NCBI GenBank assembly: GCA_964640795.1
Contig: CAZXIN010000003.1
Span: 60,262 to 124,261, forward strand
Length of the DNA stretch: 64,000 nt
Origin: an uncultured Pseudoalteromonadaceae bacterium
Lineage (GTDB): Bacteria; Pseudomonadota; Gammaproteobacteria; Enterobacterales; Alteromonadaceae
Reading direction: 5' to 3'
Shown here in pieces: positions 38,991-48,052 of the stretch; position 1 is the stretch's first letter; each line of letters starts with the position of its first letter. The notes under the pieces were generated by a model, which worked only from the letters and a program-made list of their open reading frames with translations, searched no databases and was not told where the DNA came from. A program made the position numbers and the translations under genes.

Positions 38991-39830
38991 ATGAAAAAGC
39001 TAATAAAAACACTTGTTATGGCAATACTGCTTGGGAGTTGTTTATCGGCCAATGCCGAGAGCGATTATTCGATTCAGGCAATATCTTTTGGTGATGTGAA
39101 AGGCGTGAACCGAAGCTTCTTTGTTGAAGGTGAAAGAGGTGAAGATAAGATTGATATCCCTTTCGTCATTTGGCTACTGAAGAATGATGAAAGGACCGTT
39201 CTGTTTGATGCAGGTTATTTTAGAGAAAGTTGGCTCAAACAATGGAATACTCAAAACTTTGTATCCCCTGACAAAGTGACTGAAAAGGCTGGTGTTACTG
39301 CTGAAGAAGTGACAGACATTATCGTCAGTCACATGCATTGGGATCATGCTCAAGGTGCGTTGCTGTTCCCGAATGCTAACGTATGGGTTCAGGAAGAAGA
39401 GTACACCTATTATACGGGTGAAGCTTGGCAAGAAGGTGGAAATGCTGGTGGGATTGATAAAAGGGATGTGGCAGGTTTTGTACAGCTAAACCTGGATGGA
39501 CGTCTTAAGTTTATTAAAGGAGACAATGTTGAGGTTTTACCAGGCATAACAGCTTATACCGGTGGTAAGCATACTTTCCAGTCTCAGTACATCAAGGTGG
39601 ATGGCAAAGAACCTATCGTGCTGGCATCTGACAACGCCTATTTATTTCAAAACATAGAAACACAAACACCCATTAACAGTAATGCTACCTTTTCTGTTGA
39701 GTCTAATCGAGCAGCGATAAAGCGAATGATTCAATTAGCTGGTGATGTTAGTCGTGTTTTGCCGGGGCATGACCCTCTTATCTTTACGCGTTATCCAGTA
39801 GAAAACAATGTCGCGACTATTAGGGAGTAG
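38991..39830 (+). CDS. Exported N-acyl-homoserine lactonase-like metallo-hydrolase (AiiA/AttM type)
   Basis: Signal peptide; SHMHWDHAQG, GKHT..SQ, LASDNAYL, LPGHDP. Confidence 0.82.
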   Translation: MKKLIKTLVMAILLGSCLSANAESDYSIQAISFGDVKGVNRSFFVEGERGEDKIDIPFVIWLLKNDERTVLFDAGYFRESWLKQWNTQNFVSPDKVTEKAGVTAEEVTDIIVSHMHWDHAQGALLFPNANVWVQEEEYTYYTGEAWQEGGNAGGIDKRDVAGFVQLNLDGRLKFIKGDNVEVLPGITAYTGGKHTFQSQYIKVDGKEPIVLASDNAYLFQNIETQTPINSNATFSVESNRAAIKRMIQLAGDVSRVLPGHDPLIFTRYPVENNVATIRE

Positions 39831-39877
39831 TTACACTATTTAGATTAACAATTGACGCTTATGGCTTGGCTTTCGAG

Positions 39878-39907
39878 AAGGCTTTAGATGATGTTATCTA
39901 AAGCCTT
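39878..39907. terminator. Hairpin between convergent genes (probable terminator)
   Basis: 12-bp stem AAGGCTTTAGAT/ATCTAAAGCCTT, 6-nt loop. Confidence 0.55.
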
Positions 39908-39922
39908 GCTTAGGTTTATTGA

Positions 39923-42220
39923 CTACTTGTTTTCTAAGTTTCGATCAAAGAAATTTGTGATGGTGTGATATAAGTGAATCCCAGTTTGCTTACCACGAAT
40001 ACTATGCTTCTTACCAGGGTAATCCATTGTCTCGAATGGGATAGCTAAGTCTTGTAGGTGTTTGTACAGCTTGGTACTGTTTTTAAATAAAACGTTATCA
40101 TCAGCCATGCCATGATAAATCAATAAAGCGCCGGTCAAATCTTTGGCATAAGGGAATACCGAAGATGCTTCATACTGTTCTGCATTCTTGCCTGGGTGCC
40201 CCATATAACGTTCGGTGTAGTGTGTGTCGTACAGCGACCAATCTGTCACAGGTGCGCCAGCCACTCCGGCTTTGAAATACTCTCCAGCTTTAAACATTGC
40301 CATAAGTGTCATGTAGCCACCGTAACTATGTCCATGTACACCAATACGTTCTTTGTCAACATAGGGGAGGGTATGTAAGAATTTAACGCCCGACACTTGG
40401 TCTTTCACTTCAATATCGCCCATTTGTTCAAAGATTGGGTCTTCGAAAGCTTTGCCTCGGTTATAAGAACCACGGTTATCGACGGTGAAGACAACATAGC
40501 CTTTGTCAACCCAGTGTTGCAACAACAAGCCTCGATTGCCTGCCCAGCGGTTGGTTACTAGCTGGGCATGAGGTCCACCATATTGAAAAACAATTGCCGG
40601 GTGTTTTCCGTTAATGACTTTCGGTGTATATAAACGGTAATGCAGTGTGGCACCGTCGTTCGTTTTGATTGTTCCAAACTTTGGTGCAACCCATTGCTCT
40701 TGATAGGCGTGCAGTGGGTGGGATTCGTCAATTTGGTTTTCTTCAAGCCATGTCAGCTGATCGCCCAAACTACTGTGTAAACTGACCTGAAGCGGTGTAT
40801 TCGCAGTAGAGAAGCTGTCAACATAAACAGTTGCATCTTTACTGAACACGATATCGTGGAAACCACTACGTTGACTAATGCGTGCGACATTGTTGTTGCT
40901 CAATGTATTACTGGCTTCATAGGAGACACTGTATAAATGGCTTTCGATAGGTGTATCTTTCCTACCAGTGAAATAGACGGTTTTTTTCTTCTCGTCTATC
41001 GCTTCAATTTCATCAACAACCCAGTCGCCGTCAGTTAGCTGTTGTACAAGCTCACCATTATTTTTAAATAGATAAAGGTGCTTAAAGCCGCTTCTTTCTG
41101 AAGCCCAGATAAAGTGCTTTTTGTCTTTCAGAAAGCGAAGGTCTTCGTTCAGGTTGACCCAAGTATTGCTAGACTCACTGAGGATAAGTGACTGTTTTTT
41201 GCTTTTTGAATCATAAAGTCGTAACTCAAGTTCTTGCTGGCTTCTGTTTTGCCATTGGTAAGTTAGTCCGATGTTGTCTTTTTTCCAATTCACACGAGCT
41301 AGGTAGATATCTTTGTTCTCGCCTAAATCCACCCAGTCTATTTGTTTATTTTTTAACGTCATAACGGCTAATTCAACAGACACATTGTTAGTGCCTGTGC
41401 TTGGATAGCGCTGCTTAATAAGTTCAATAGATTCAGCGTAGATTTCTGTGCGTGTAATTTCGTCGACAGGGCTTTCGTCTACTTTGGTAAAAGCAATTTT
41501 CGATTCATCAGGAGACCACCAGTATCCAGTGAGTCTTTTCATTTCTTCTTGAGCGACGAATTCGGCCATACCAAATTTGATAGTGCCACCGCCACCTTGC
41601 GTGAGTTGTTGTTCTTTACCGTTTTTAACATCCATAATGTAAAGGTTTTGATCACGAATGTAGGATATAAAGTTTCCTTTCGGGGAGAAGCGAATATCTG
41701 TCTCGAATGCTTCGGTTTTTAGCAGTTGCTTAGCATTCTTATCGCCAAGGTTGTATACGTAGGCGTCTCCGGCTAAAGGAAATAATAAACTTTGGCCGTC
41801 GGCAGACCAGAAGTACTCTAAAATACCCGTACCATAGACTCGTTGACGTTCTCTTCTAGCTTTCTCTTCATCAGATAAGGCTTCAGGGCCTGAGTGTAAG
41901 TCATCTGAATCAAAAAGAATGGTTGTTTTACCGCTCTCAACTTCGTATTGCCACAAATCGTAACGGTCAAAGTCTGTCGATTTCCCCTGTAAGAAGGTGA
42001 CACGTTTACCATCCGGCGATACTTTAAGTGAGCGAGGTGCTGTGCCTTGAAGAGCAGGTGATGAATGAATGCGCTCTATCGTGAGCTTTTCGGATGCATG
42101 ATCTGCTAATGCTGAGGAAGACAGCCCCCCGAATAAGCTCAATGTCATTGAGCTTATTGCAATGAGGTAAGGAAACGAGATATTTTTCATTATTATGCGT
42201 ATTCTGTGACTACAAAGCAT
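39923..42220 (-). CDS. Dipeptidyl peptidase IV (S9B) family peptidase (likely start 42190)
   Basis: DPPIV propeller (EFVAQEEM...GYWWSPD), GHSYGG nucleophile, HGMADDNV, KKH. Confidence 0.95.
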   Translation of the reverse strand: MLCSHRIRIIMKNISFPYLIAISSMTLSLFGGLSSSALADHASEKLTIERIHSSPALQGTAPRSLKVSPDGKRVTFLQGKSTDFDRYDLWQYEVESGKTTILFDSDDLHSGPEALSDEEKARRERQRVYGTGILEYFWSADGQSLLFPLAGDAYVYNLGDKNAKQLLKTEAFETDIRFSPKGNFISYIRDQNLYIMDVKNGKEQQLTQGGGGTIKFGMAEFVAQEEMKRLTGYWWSPDESKIAFTKVDESPVDEITRTEIYAESIELIKQRYPSTGTNNVSVELAVMTLKNKQIDWVDLGENKDIYLARVNWKKDNIGLTYQWQNRSQQELELRLYDSKSKKQSLILSESSNTWVNLNEDLRFLKDKKHFIWASERSGFKHLYLFKNNGELVQQLTDGDWVVDEIEAIDEKKKTVYFTGRKDTPIESHLYSVSYEASNTLSNNNVARISQRSGFHDIVFSKDATVYVDSFSTANTPLQVSLHSSLGDQLTWLEENQIDESHPLHAYQEQWVAPKFGTIKTNDGATLHYRLYTPKVINGKHPAIVFQYGGPHAQLVTNRWAGNRGLLLQHWVDKGYVVFTVDNRGSYNRGKAFEDPIFEQMGDIEVKDQVSGVKFLHTLPYVDKERIGVHGHSYGGYMTLMAMFKAGEYFKAGVAGAPVTDWSLYDTHYTERYMGHPGKNAEQYEASSVFPYAKDLTGALLIYHGMADDNVLFKNSTKLYKHLQDLAIPFETMDYPGKKHSIRGKQTGIHLYHTITNFFDRNLENK

Positions 42221-42236
42221 CGATTCTAATCAATTC

Positions 42237-42866
42237 ATGACAAAACACAAAACAGCATTGGTCTTAGGTGCCACCGGATTAGTTGGTAAAGCACTAGTAG
42301 CGCAACTAAAAGTTGACAACCGCTATTCAAGAGTCACCTGTATCGTCCGTCAATTGCCCTATCAAGAGGAGTCAAAAGAGACAGACAAAGTTATTTTTTT
42401 AGAAGCTCATTTTGATGAGTTGGACAAACATGCTGCTCTCTTTGCTGTTGATCATGTGTATGTCTGTTTAGGTACAACTATTAAAAAGGCTGGGTCGCAG
42501 TCGGCTTTTCGGCGTGTTGACTATGATTATGTATACGATGCTGCTCTACTATCAGCAAAAGAGCAGGTGAATAGTTTTGTGTGGATATCATCTGTTGGGG
42601 CTAAAGCTAGTCGTCATAACTTTTACCTGCGAGTGAAAGGAGAGTTAGAAGAAGCTATTCATCGTTTAATTGAACTCAAAGGCGCAGCCTGTGTGCAACC
42701 TTCGCTTTTACTTGGTGAAAGAGGTGAATCGAGGCTCGCAGAGAAAATAGGGGGCGTACTGGGTAAACTTATATCACCATTGTTAGTTGGTAGGCTGGCT
42801 AAGTACAAACCTATTACTGCAGAAAAGGTCGCTGAGCAAATGATTGGCTTACAGCAATTTAGTTAA
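42237..42866 (+). CDS. NAD(P)H-binding protein (TIP30/YraR-like)
   Basis: LGATGLVG, CLGTTIKKAGSQSAFRRVDYDY, NFYLRVKGELE, QPSLLLGER. Confidence 0.9.
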   Translation: MTKHKTALVLGATGLVGKALVAQLKVDNRYSRVTCIVRQLPYQEESKETDKVIFLEAHFDELDKHAALFAVDHVYVCLGTTIKKAGSQSAFRRVDYDYVYDAALLSAKEQVNSFVWISSVGAKASRHNFYLRVKGELEEAIHRLIELKGAACVQPSLLLGERGESRLAEKIGGVLGKLISPLLVGRLAKYKPITAEKVAEQMIGLQQFS

Positions 42867-43614
42867 AATGGAATATTCGAATAAAAACACGCGTAAGCGA
42901 AAAGGTTTCCAGTGTAAGCAATTTTTTGTCGCACATGACAAATGTGCCATGAAGGTCGGCACCGATAGCCTGATCTTAGGCAGTTGGTGTGACACCGCAT
43001 TTTCAAAGCGTATTTTGGATATAGGTTCTGGTAGTGGAATTTTGTCATTAATGTTGGCACAAAAAACAGAAGCAATGGCACAAGTGATAGGAATTGATAT
43101 TGATGCGTCAGCAGTCCGTCAGGCGATAGATAACGCAACAAATACAAAGTGGCGAGATAAGATATCTTTTGTCCAAACGGACATTGCAACTTATCGATCA
43201 CCAGATAAGTTTGACCTGATTATTAGTAACCCACCTTATTTTGCTTTTTCGCAGAGTGCCTCGATTAAGATGACAGCCTCTCGCCGACAAGCTAGGCAAA
43301 CGGCCTCTCTATCTTTTGAACAACTTATTCAATCGGCCAATGAGCTGTTATCTGATACAGGGCAGTTCTATCTCATTATCCCACAAGATGTTGTGCCGCA
43401 TATTGAAGAACTAGCAAGGTCTAAAGGGTTCGCGATGGTTAAGCGATTAAAAGTAAAGAGTAAAAGTGATGGGCCTTTTATCCGTCAATGCTTATGCTTG
43501 GGATATCATGAGTCTAGTGAATATTCGAGTTCAACGCTCATTATTTACAATGATGACGGAAGCTACACAAAGGATTATCGCACTTTGTGTAGGGGCTTTT
43601 ATCTTTCTTTTTAA
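42844..43614 (+). CDS. yfiC: tRNA1(Val) (adenine-37-N6) methyltransferase
   Basis: FQCKQFFVAHDKCAMKVGTD, ILDIGSGSG, IISNPPYF. Confidence 0.9.
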   Translation: MAYSNLVKMEYSNKNTRKRKGFQCKQFFVAHDKCAMKVGTDSLILGSWCDTAFSKRILDIGSGSGILSLMLAQKTEAMAQVIGIDIDASAVRQAIDNATNTKWRDKISFVQTDIATYRSPDKFDLIISNPPYFAFSQSASIKMTASRRQARQTASLSFEQLIQSANELLSDTGQFYLIIPQDVVPHIEELARSKGFAMVKRLKVKSKSDGPFIRQCLCLGYHESSEYSSSTLIIYNDDGSYTKDYRTLCRGFYLSF

Positions 43615-43964
43615 GAGTTAGTTGTTGGTGCTTTATCGTCGTATTCGTAGTCGCACGCTTCTTCTATATCACTGATTCTCATATGGAGAATATCGTCAAG
43701 TTTTCCAGTCGCAATGGAGCGGCGACTAGTGAACTCACCTGATAATAAATTTATCAAGACAGAAGTAGGAGAAAAGAAAGTGATGCCATTAGCCAATTTT
43801 TCACCGACAGAAGATTTCTCTTCTAATAGGGCGGCAATGTCTTGGTCTGCTGTATCGCAATTAATAGGTTTCGATACTTGAGCGTTAACTACTTGATGAC
43901 GACCAACAGCAGAAGAGCATCCACCGAGGACAAGTAGTATCGCTATTAAGCTAAGTACTTTCAT
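43611..43964 (-). CDS. Small lipoprotein, hypothetical
   Basis: Lipobox LGGC; additional C...C pair. Confidence 0.75.
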   Translation of the reverse strand: MKVLSLIAILLVLGGCSSAVGRHQVVNAQVSKPINCDTADQDIAALLEEKSSVGEKLANGITFFSPTSVLINLLSGEFTSRRSIATGKLDDILHMRISDIEEACDYEYDDKAPTTNS

Positions 43965-44248
43965 TGTATTTACCCTAAAAATTAGTCGTCAATAAACTAT
44001 TGAGTACACAGGCCTCTCAACCGACCGCTCAACATTATGTTAAGCATCATATATCATTAATTGGCTAAAAATAGGCCTGTTCGATTTCGTTATGATTTTG
44101 TTAATCTCTGTGATTGTCTCAATACAATCATGTGATTGAGGAACATCAGGTTTATACTTCTTTGGTTATAATGTTTGTTGATTGGGGTAAAAGTGAAATG
44201 CGCTGCTATAGTGTTATGTAGATGTCTAATTTAAGGGAGTGATGCAGT

Positions 44249-44626
44249 ATGTCGAAGGTGAGGTTGCCTGAGTCGATACATTCGTTAACCGAATCATTGC
44301 AATTAGTAGAGCTTTCATGGTTTGGCATACCGATTCAATTGCCAAGGTTTTCTGTCTATGCTGTGATACCTGATCCGGTTTTTGACGATGTTATTGAGCG
44401 TAAAGGGCGGGTAATTGGCATTATGAGAATGGGACGGTATTTGGTCCCTGTACTTGACCCGTTCAAAAGTGACATTACAGACCCGCCTAAGTTTGCTGTT
44501 ATCGTTAGCTTAATGAAGAAAAACCATTTCGGGTTGTTTGCTTATCCCGCTGACAGCGTTGAGTATGATGTACGTGTACCTATCGAGCATAGCAGTGTAG
44601 AAACACTGGTTCGAGATTTCTTATAG
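44249..44626 (+). CDS. Stand-alone CheW-like domain protein
   Basis: IGIMRMGRYLVPVLD and FGLFAYPADSV resemble the CheW/SH3-like strands. Confidence 0.55.
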   Translation: MSKVRLPESIHSLTESLQLVELSWFGIPIQLPRFSVYAVIPDPVFDDVIERKGRVIGIMRMGRYLVPVLDPFKSDITDPPKFAVIVSLMKKNHFGLFAYPADSVEYDVRVPIEHSSVETLVRDFL

Positions 44627-44753
44627 TCGCTTTGCCAACTTGGGTTGCGTGACTCATAGATTGCACACTATCTCTTTTCTGTTTATCTTGAGTTTATTAG
44701 GACGAAGTTCGACGTGTTCTAAGTTCACCAAAATACAATAAGAAGGTAAAAGA

Positions 44754-45611
44754 ATGAGAATAACTCCCTCGTTGTTGGCTATTTTTTCACTATCTGCAAC
44801 GGCAGCAGGAACCGATGTTTATCTATTTGATCGTCATAATGATTACCGGTTTGTAGCAAATATTAGTGATCGTGATGGTTACGACAATCAACCAAGCTTT
44901 ACGTTAGATAGTTCGTCCGTTTTGTTCAGCTCAGACAGAGTTGGAGGGCAGACAGATATTTTTAAATACGATATTCAGACAGGGCAAACGCACAATCTGA
45001 CTGATACACCAGATAAAAATGAATACTCTGCCCAACCTCGTTCTCATGAGCGCTTTAACTACATTTTACAAGAAGGGGCTCCTTACCAGAACCTATGGCA
45101 TACCAGTTATGAAAAAGGTGCTTCTGAGCGAGTGCTAACCAGTTATGTGCCAGCCGCATACTATGCTATCAATGAGAAAGGTGTGTTATTTTGGGGGCGT
45201 TATGCGTTCTCTTTATTTTTTGAGCCTGCCGGCGTAGATGTTGGGCCTGCAATTGGTGAATCGCTTTTTGTTATGGACAAAGCAGGCCGTAGTATTCATT
45301 CAATTCCCAATTCAACATCATTCAGCGTTGTTCATAAGCAGATGAACGGTAATTGGGTTGTGAAGTCTTTTGACCCTGATACCAAGGCGATGACTCCTAT
45401 GGTTTCTATTGGGGCTGATAATGAAGATTATTGCTGGACACCTGAAGGGAAAATGCTACGTGCAAATGGCAGTACGTTGACAACATATAACCCCAAAACG
45501 GAAGCGGGGTGGGAAACCGTTACTGAGCTTGTCGGTGGTCAGTTTGTTAAAGGTGGACGTTGTTCAGTGAGTAGCGATGGCCGTTATTTAGCGATAGTGA
45601 ATACTTTTTAG
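44754..45611 (+). CDS. Exported TolB-like (PD40) beta-propeller protein
   Basis: Signal peptide; GYDNQPSF, TDIFKYD, YCWTPEG, SVSSDGRYLA. Confidence 0.8.
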   Translation: MRITPSLLAIFSLSATAAGTDVYLFDRHNDYRFVANISDRDGYDNQPSFTLDSSSVLFSSDRVGGQTDIFKYDIQTGQTHNLTDTPDKNEYSAQPRSHERFNYILQEGAPYQNLWHTSYEKGASERVLTSYVPAAYYAINEKGVLFWGRYAFSLFFEPAGVDVGPAIGESLFVMDKAGRSIHSIPNSTSFSVVHKQMNGNWVVKSFDPDTKAMTPMVSIGADNEDYCWTPEGKMLRANGSTLTTYNPKTEAGWETVTELVGGQFVKGGRCSVSSDGRYLAIVNTF

Positions 45612-45618
45612 TGGACAC

Positions 45619-45646
45619 AAAAAAAGCACCTTAAGGTGCTTTTTTT
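45619..45646. terminator. Bidirectional rho-independent terminator
   Basis: AAAAAAAGCACC-TTAA-GGTGCTTTTTTT between convergent genes. Confidence 0.9.
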
Positions 45647-45664
45647 AAACATCAATAGTGAATG

Positions 45665-46066
45665 TTATTCTTTAACCATCACTGACAAGTTCACGATGCC
45701 AGCCTCAGATATCTTGTCCATCACTTGAACAACCAAGCCATGCTTAGTTTTTGGATGTGCCTGTACAACGGCTGCATCTGTAATATTTTCTGCTAGAAAA
45801 GTTTGAACGTTTGCAGTAACACGTTCAACATCTGTAATACGACCGTTTAAATTGATAGTGCCTAACTCGTCGATACGAACAGATATGTTCTTTTTATTTG
45901 TATTTGTTGGATTGTTATTCGGCTCTGGTCGTTTGACAGCCAATCCTTTTTCATTCACGAAAGTTGTTGTTACGATAAAGAAAATAAGCATGATGAAAAC
46001 AATGTCCAACATGGGTGTCATATCTACACCAGCTTCCTCATCGTTACCGACGCGTTTTTTCTTCAT
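45665..46066 (-). CDS. exbD: ExbD/TolR biopolymer transport protein
   Basis: DMTPMLDIVFIMLIFFIVTTTF; HGLVVQVMD...AG. Confidence 0.92.
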   Translation of the reverse strand: MKKKRVGNDEEAGVDMTPMLDIVFIMLIFFIVTTTFVNEKGLAVKRPEPNNNPTNTNKKNISVRIDELGTINLNGRITDVERVTANVQTFLAENITDAAVVQAHPKTKHGLVVQVMDKISEAGIVNLSVMVKE

Positions 46067-46275
46067 TTACTTCTCCTAAGCCTCACTTTGATCAATGAGC
46101 TTGTACTTAAACAGGTATTAATATTAACTTTATCTTAACACTGCAATGCTCACAATTTAAATTCATTTTTATCTAATCTTAGTGATTTTTAACATTAAGC
46201 AGTGTAAGAAAACACGAAGAAACCAATAATTTTAATATAAAACAAATGGTTAAGCTTCTCATTGAGTTTACCTGT

Positions 46276-46794
46276 TCACTCGATCATTTCTTTTAGAATT
46301 TGTTCTGTCCATTCGTTAATACGTTGTTCAGACAGCTCGAACTGATTTTCATCGTCCAAAGCTAGCCCAACGAAGGCATTCTCATCATGTGTTAGTGCCT
46401 TTGATTTTGTATATTCGTGGCCGTCGGTTGATGAGTAACCAATAAATTTGCACCCTGTGGGGACTAGTTCATCGTGGAGCATACCTAATGCATCTTGATA
46501 CCAGTCGGCATAACCTAACTGATCACCTAACCCAAACAATGCCACTGTCTTGCCATGTAAGTTAAGAAGCGAAACGTCATCCCAAGTAGACTCCCAATCT
46601 TCTTGCAGTTCACCAAAGTCCCAAGTGGATATACCAAAGATAAGAATGTCGTAATTCTGAGCCTTTGAGAGTGATGTGTTTTTTATATCGAATGTATCGA
46701 CTAACTCTTCACCTATAGCTGCTTGAATTTTCTCAGCAGCCATTTCTGTGTAGCAGGTTGTTGAGCCATAAAATAGACCAATTTTGTCCGACAT
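46276..46794 (-). CDS. fldB: Flavodoxin FldB
   Basis: [50 protein letters not shown]. Confidence 0.95.
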   Translation of the reverse strand: MSDKIGLFYGSTTCYTEMAAEKIQAAIGEELVDTFDIKNTSLSKAQNYDILIFGISTWDFGELQEDWESTWDDVSLLNLHGKTVALFGLGDQLGYADWYQDALGMLHDELVPTGCKFIGYSSTDGHEYTKSKALTHDENAFVGLALDDENQFELSEQRINEWTEQILKEMIE

Positions 46795-46857
46795 CGTCTT
46801 CCAGAGTTGTAAAAACTGTTATTGTGCGAAAAGCTGTGCGACAAATCTAGAGGTATT

Positions 46858-46933
46858 TGGAGCGAGCTGATCTTCTGGGTGCAAAACACAAACAAACCGC
46901 TGTAAAACTGAACGCAAAAGATCAGCCACTCCA
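46858..46933. mobile_element. 76-bp degenerate copy of the CTAGAGCGTG MITE family
   Basis: TGGAGCGAGCTGATCTTCTG / CAAAAGATCAGCCACTCCA ends; internal CAAACAAACCGCTGTAAAACTG aligns with CAAACAACTCGCTGCAAAACTG of the 20069 copy. Confidence 0.7.
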
Positions 46934-47196
46934 GTGTATCCATTAGATTGATATTGTGAGTTAAGCTAAGACTTTGTAAGTATTAGTACACAACTGGATA
47001 TACCAAAGTTGCAAACTTAACACCCATAAATCGTAATTTTGGTTTACCATTGGAGTCAATAAACAAAAATAAGTTATTTTTTTGTAAACAAATAAGGCTA
47101 AGGTAGGTCTTATATATCTGACACGATGTGTCATGAGATTGTTGTTATATATTTGCGTTATTTTTTAGCTATTTAATTAAATTTTCGGGTCATTTT

Positions 47197-47925
47197 ATGA
47201 AGTATTGGATAAAACGTTTTTCTTTAGCTTTAGCGCTGATTTCAGCCTCAAGTATGCTGAGTGCACAAGAAACAGATATTTCCGCAGCTAGGGAAAAACT
47301 GGAAGGGCAGCTAGGTTTACAAGTTTCTGAGATTAAGCCATCACCTGTTACTGGGTTATTTGAAGCATTTACTGATAGAGGTTTGTTCTATGTTAGCCAT
47401 GATGGCAAATTCCTAGTTCAAGGCCGTGTATATAATATCGATCAAAGAATGCGTAATGAAACTGAGGAGTCTCTGTCTAATATTCGCCTTGAAGGTATTA
47501 CAGAGTTTGACAATTCAGTCATCGAATACAAAGCTGAAGATGAAAAATATGCAGTAACCGTATTTACTGATATTACTTGTGGCTATTGCCGTAAATTACA
47601 TAACGAGATAGACGCATACAATGACTTGGGTATTACCGTTCGTTATTTAGCGTTCCCTCGCGGCGGTATTCAGAGCCAAAGCTATACAGATATGGTTTCT
47701 GTGTGGTGTGACAAAGATCCACAAGACGCGCTAACAAAAGCTAAAGCAGGTGACTCCTTTAGAAAAGGCAGTACTTGTGACAAAGAACAAGTGGCTAAGC
47801 AGTATGAATTTGGTCGCCAGATTGGTGTAACAGGTACACCCGCTATTGTTTTACAAAATGGCAGCATGGTGCCTGGGTATCAACCACCAGAGCAATTAAT
47901 GAAGACGCTACAGTCTATTCGTTAA
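47197..47925 (+). CDS. dsbC: Protein-disulfide isomerase DsbC
   Basis: Signal peptide; FTDITCGYCRKLH, FPRGG, GVTGTPAIV. Confidence 0.96.
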   Translation: MKYWIKRFSLALALISASSMLSAQETDISAAREKLEGQLGLQVSEIKPSPVTGLFEAFTDRGLFYVSHDGKFLVQGRVYNIDQRMRNETEESLSNIRLEGITEFDNSVIEYKAEDEKYAVTVFTDITCGYCRKLHNEIDAYNDLGITVRYLAFPRGGIQSQSYTDMVSVWCDKDPQDALTKAKAGDSFRKGSTCDKEQVAKQYEFGRQIGVTGTPAIVLQNGSMVPGYQPPEQLMKTLQSIR

Positions 47926-47930
47926 TACGC

Positions 47931-47968
47931 TTTAAGGGGTTTAAATGATTGTATTTAAACCCCTTAAA
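47931..47968 (+). terminator. 16-bp-stem hairpin between dsbC and recJ
   Basis: TTTAAGGGGTTTAAAT-GATTGT-ATTTAAACCCCTTAAA followed by TATTTTTC. Confidence 0.6.
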
Positions 47969-48052
47969 TATTTTTCTTCTGTTGCTTCACTCGCCATTCT
48001 ATTTCATCATCTTAATGATTAATTTCTTACCAGCAGATCGAAAAAGAAACTC

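Noticed and set aside
44018-44046. TTATGTTAAG resembling the XerD arm of a dif site
   Set aside because: No XerC arm at the 6-bp spacing; not a dif site.
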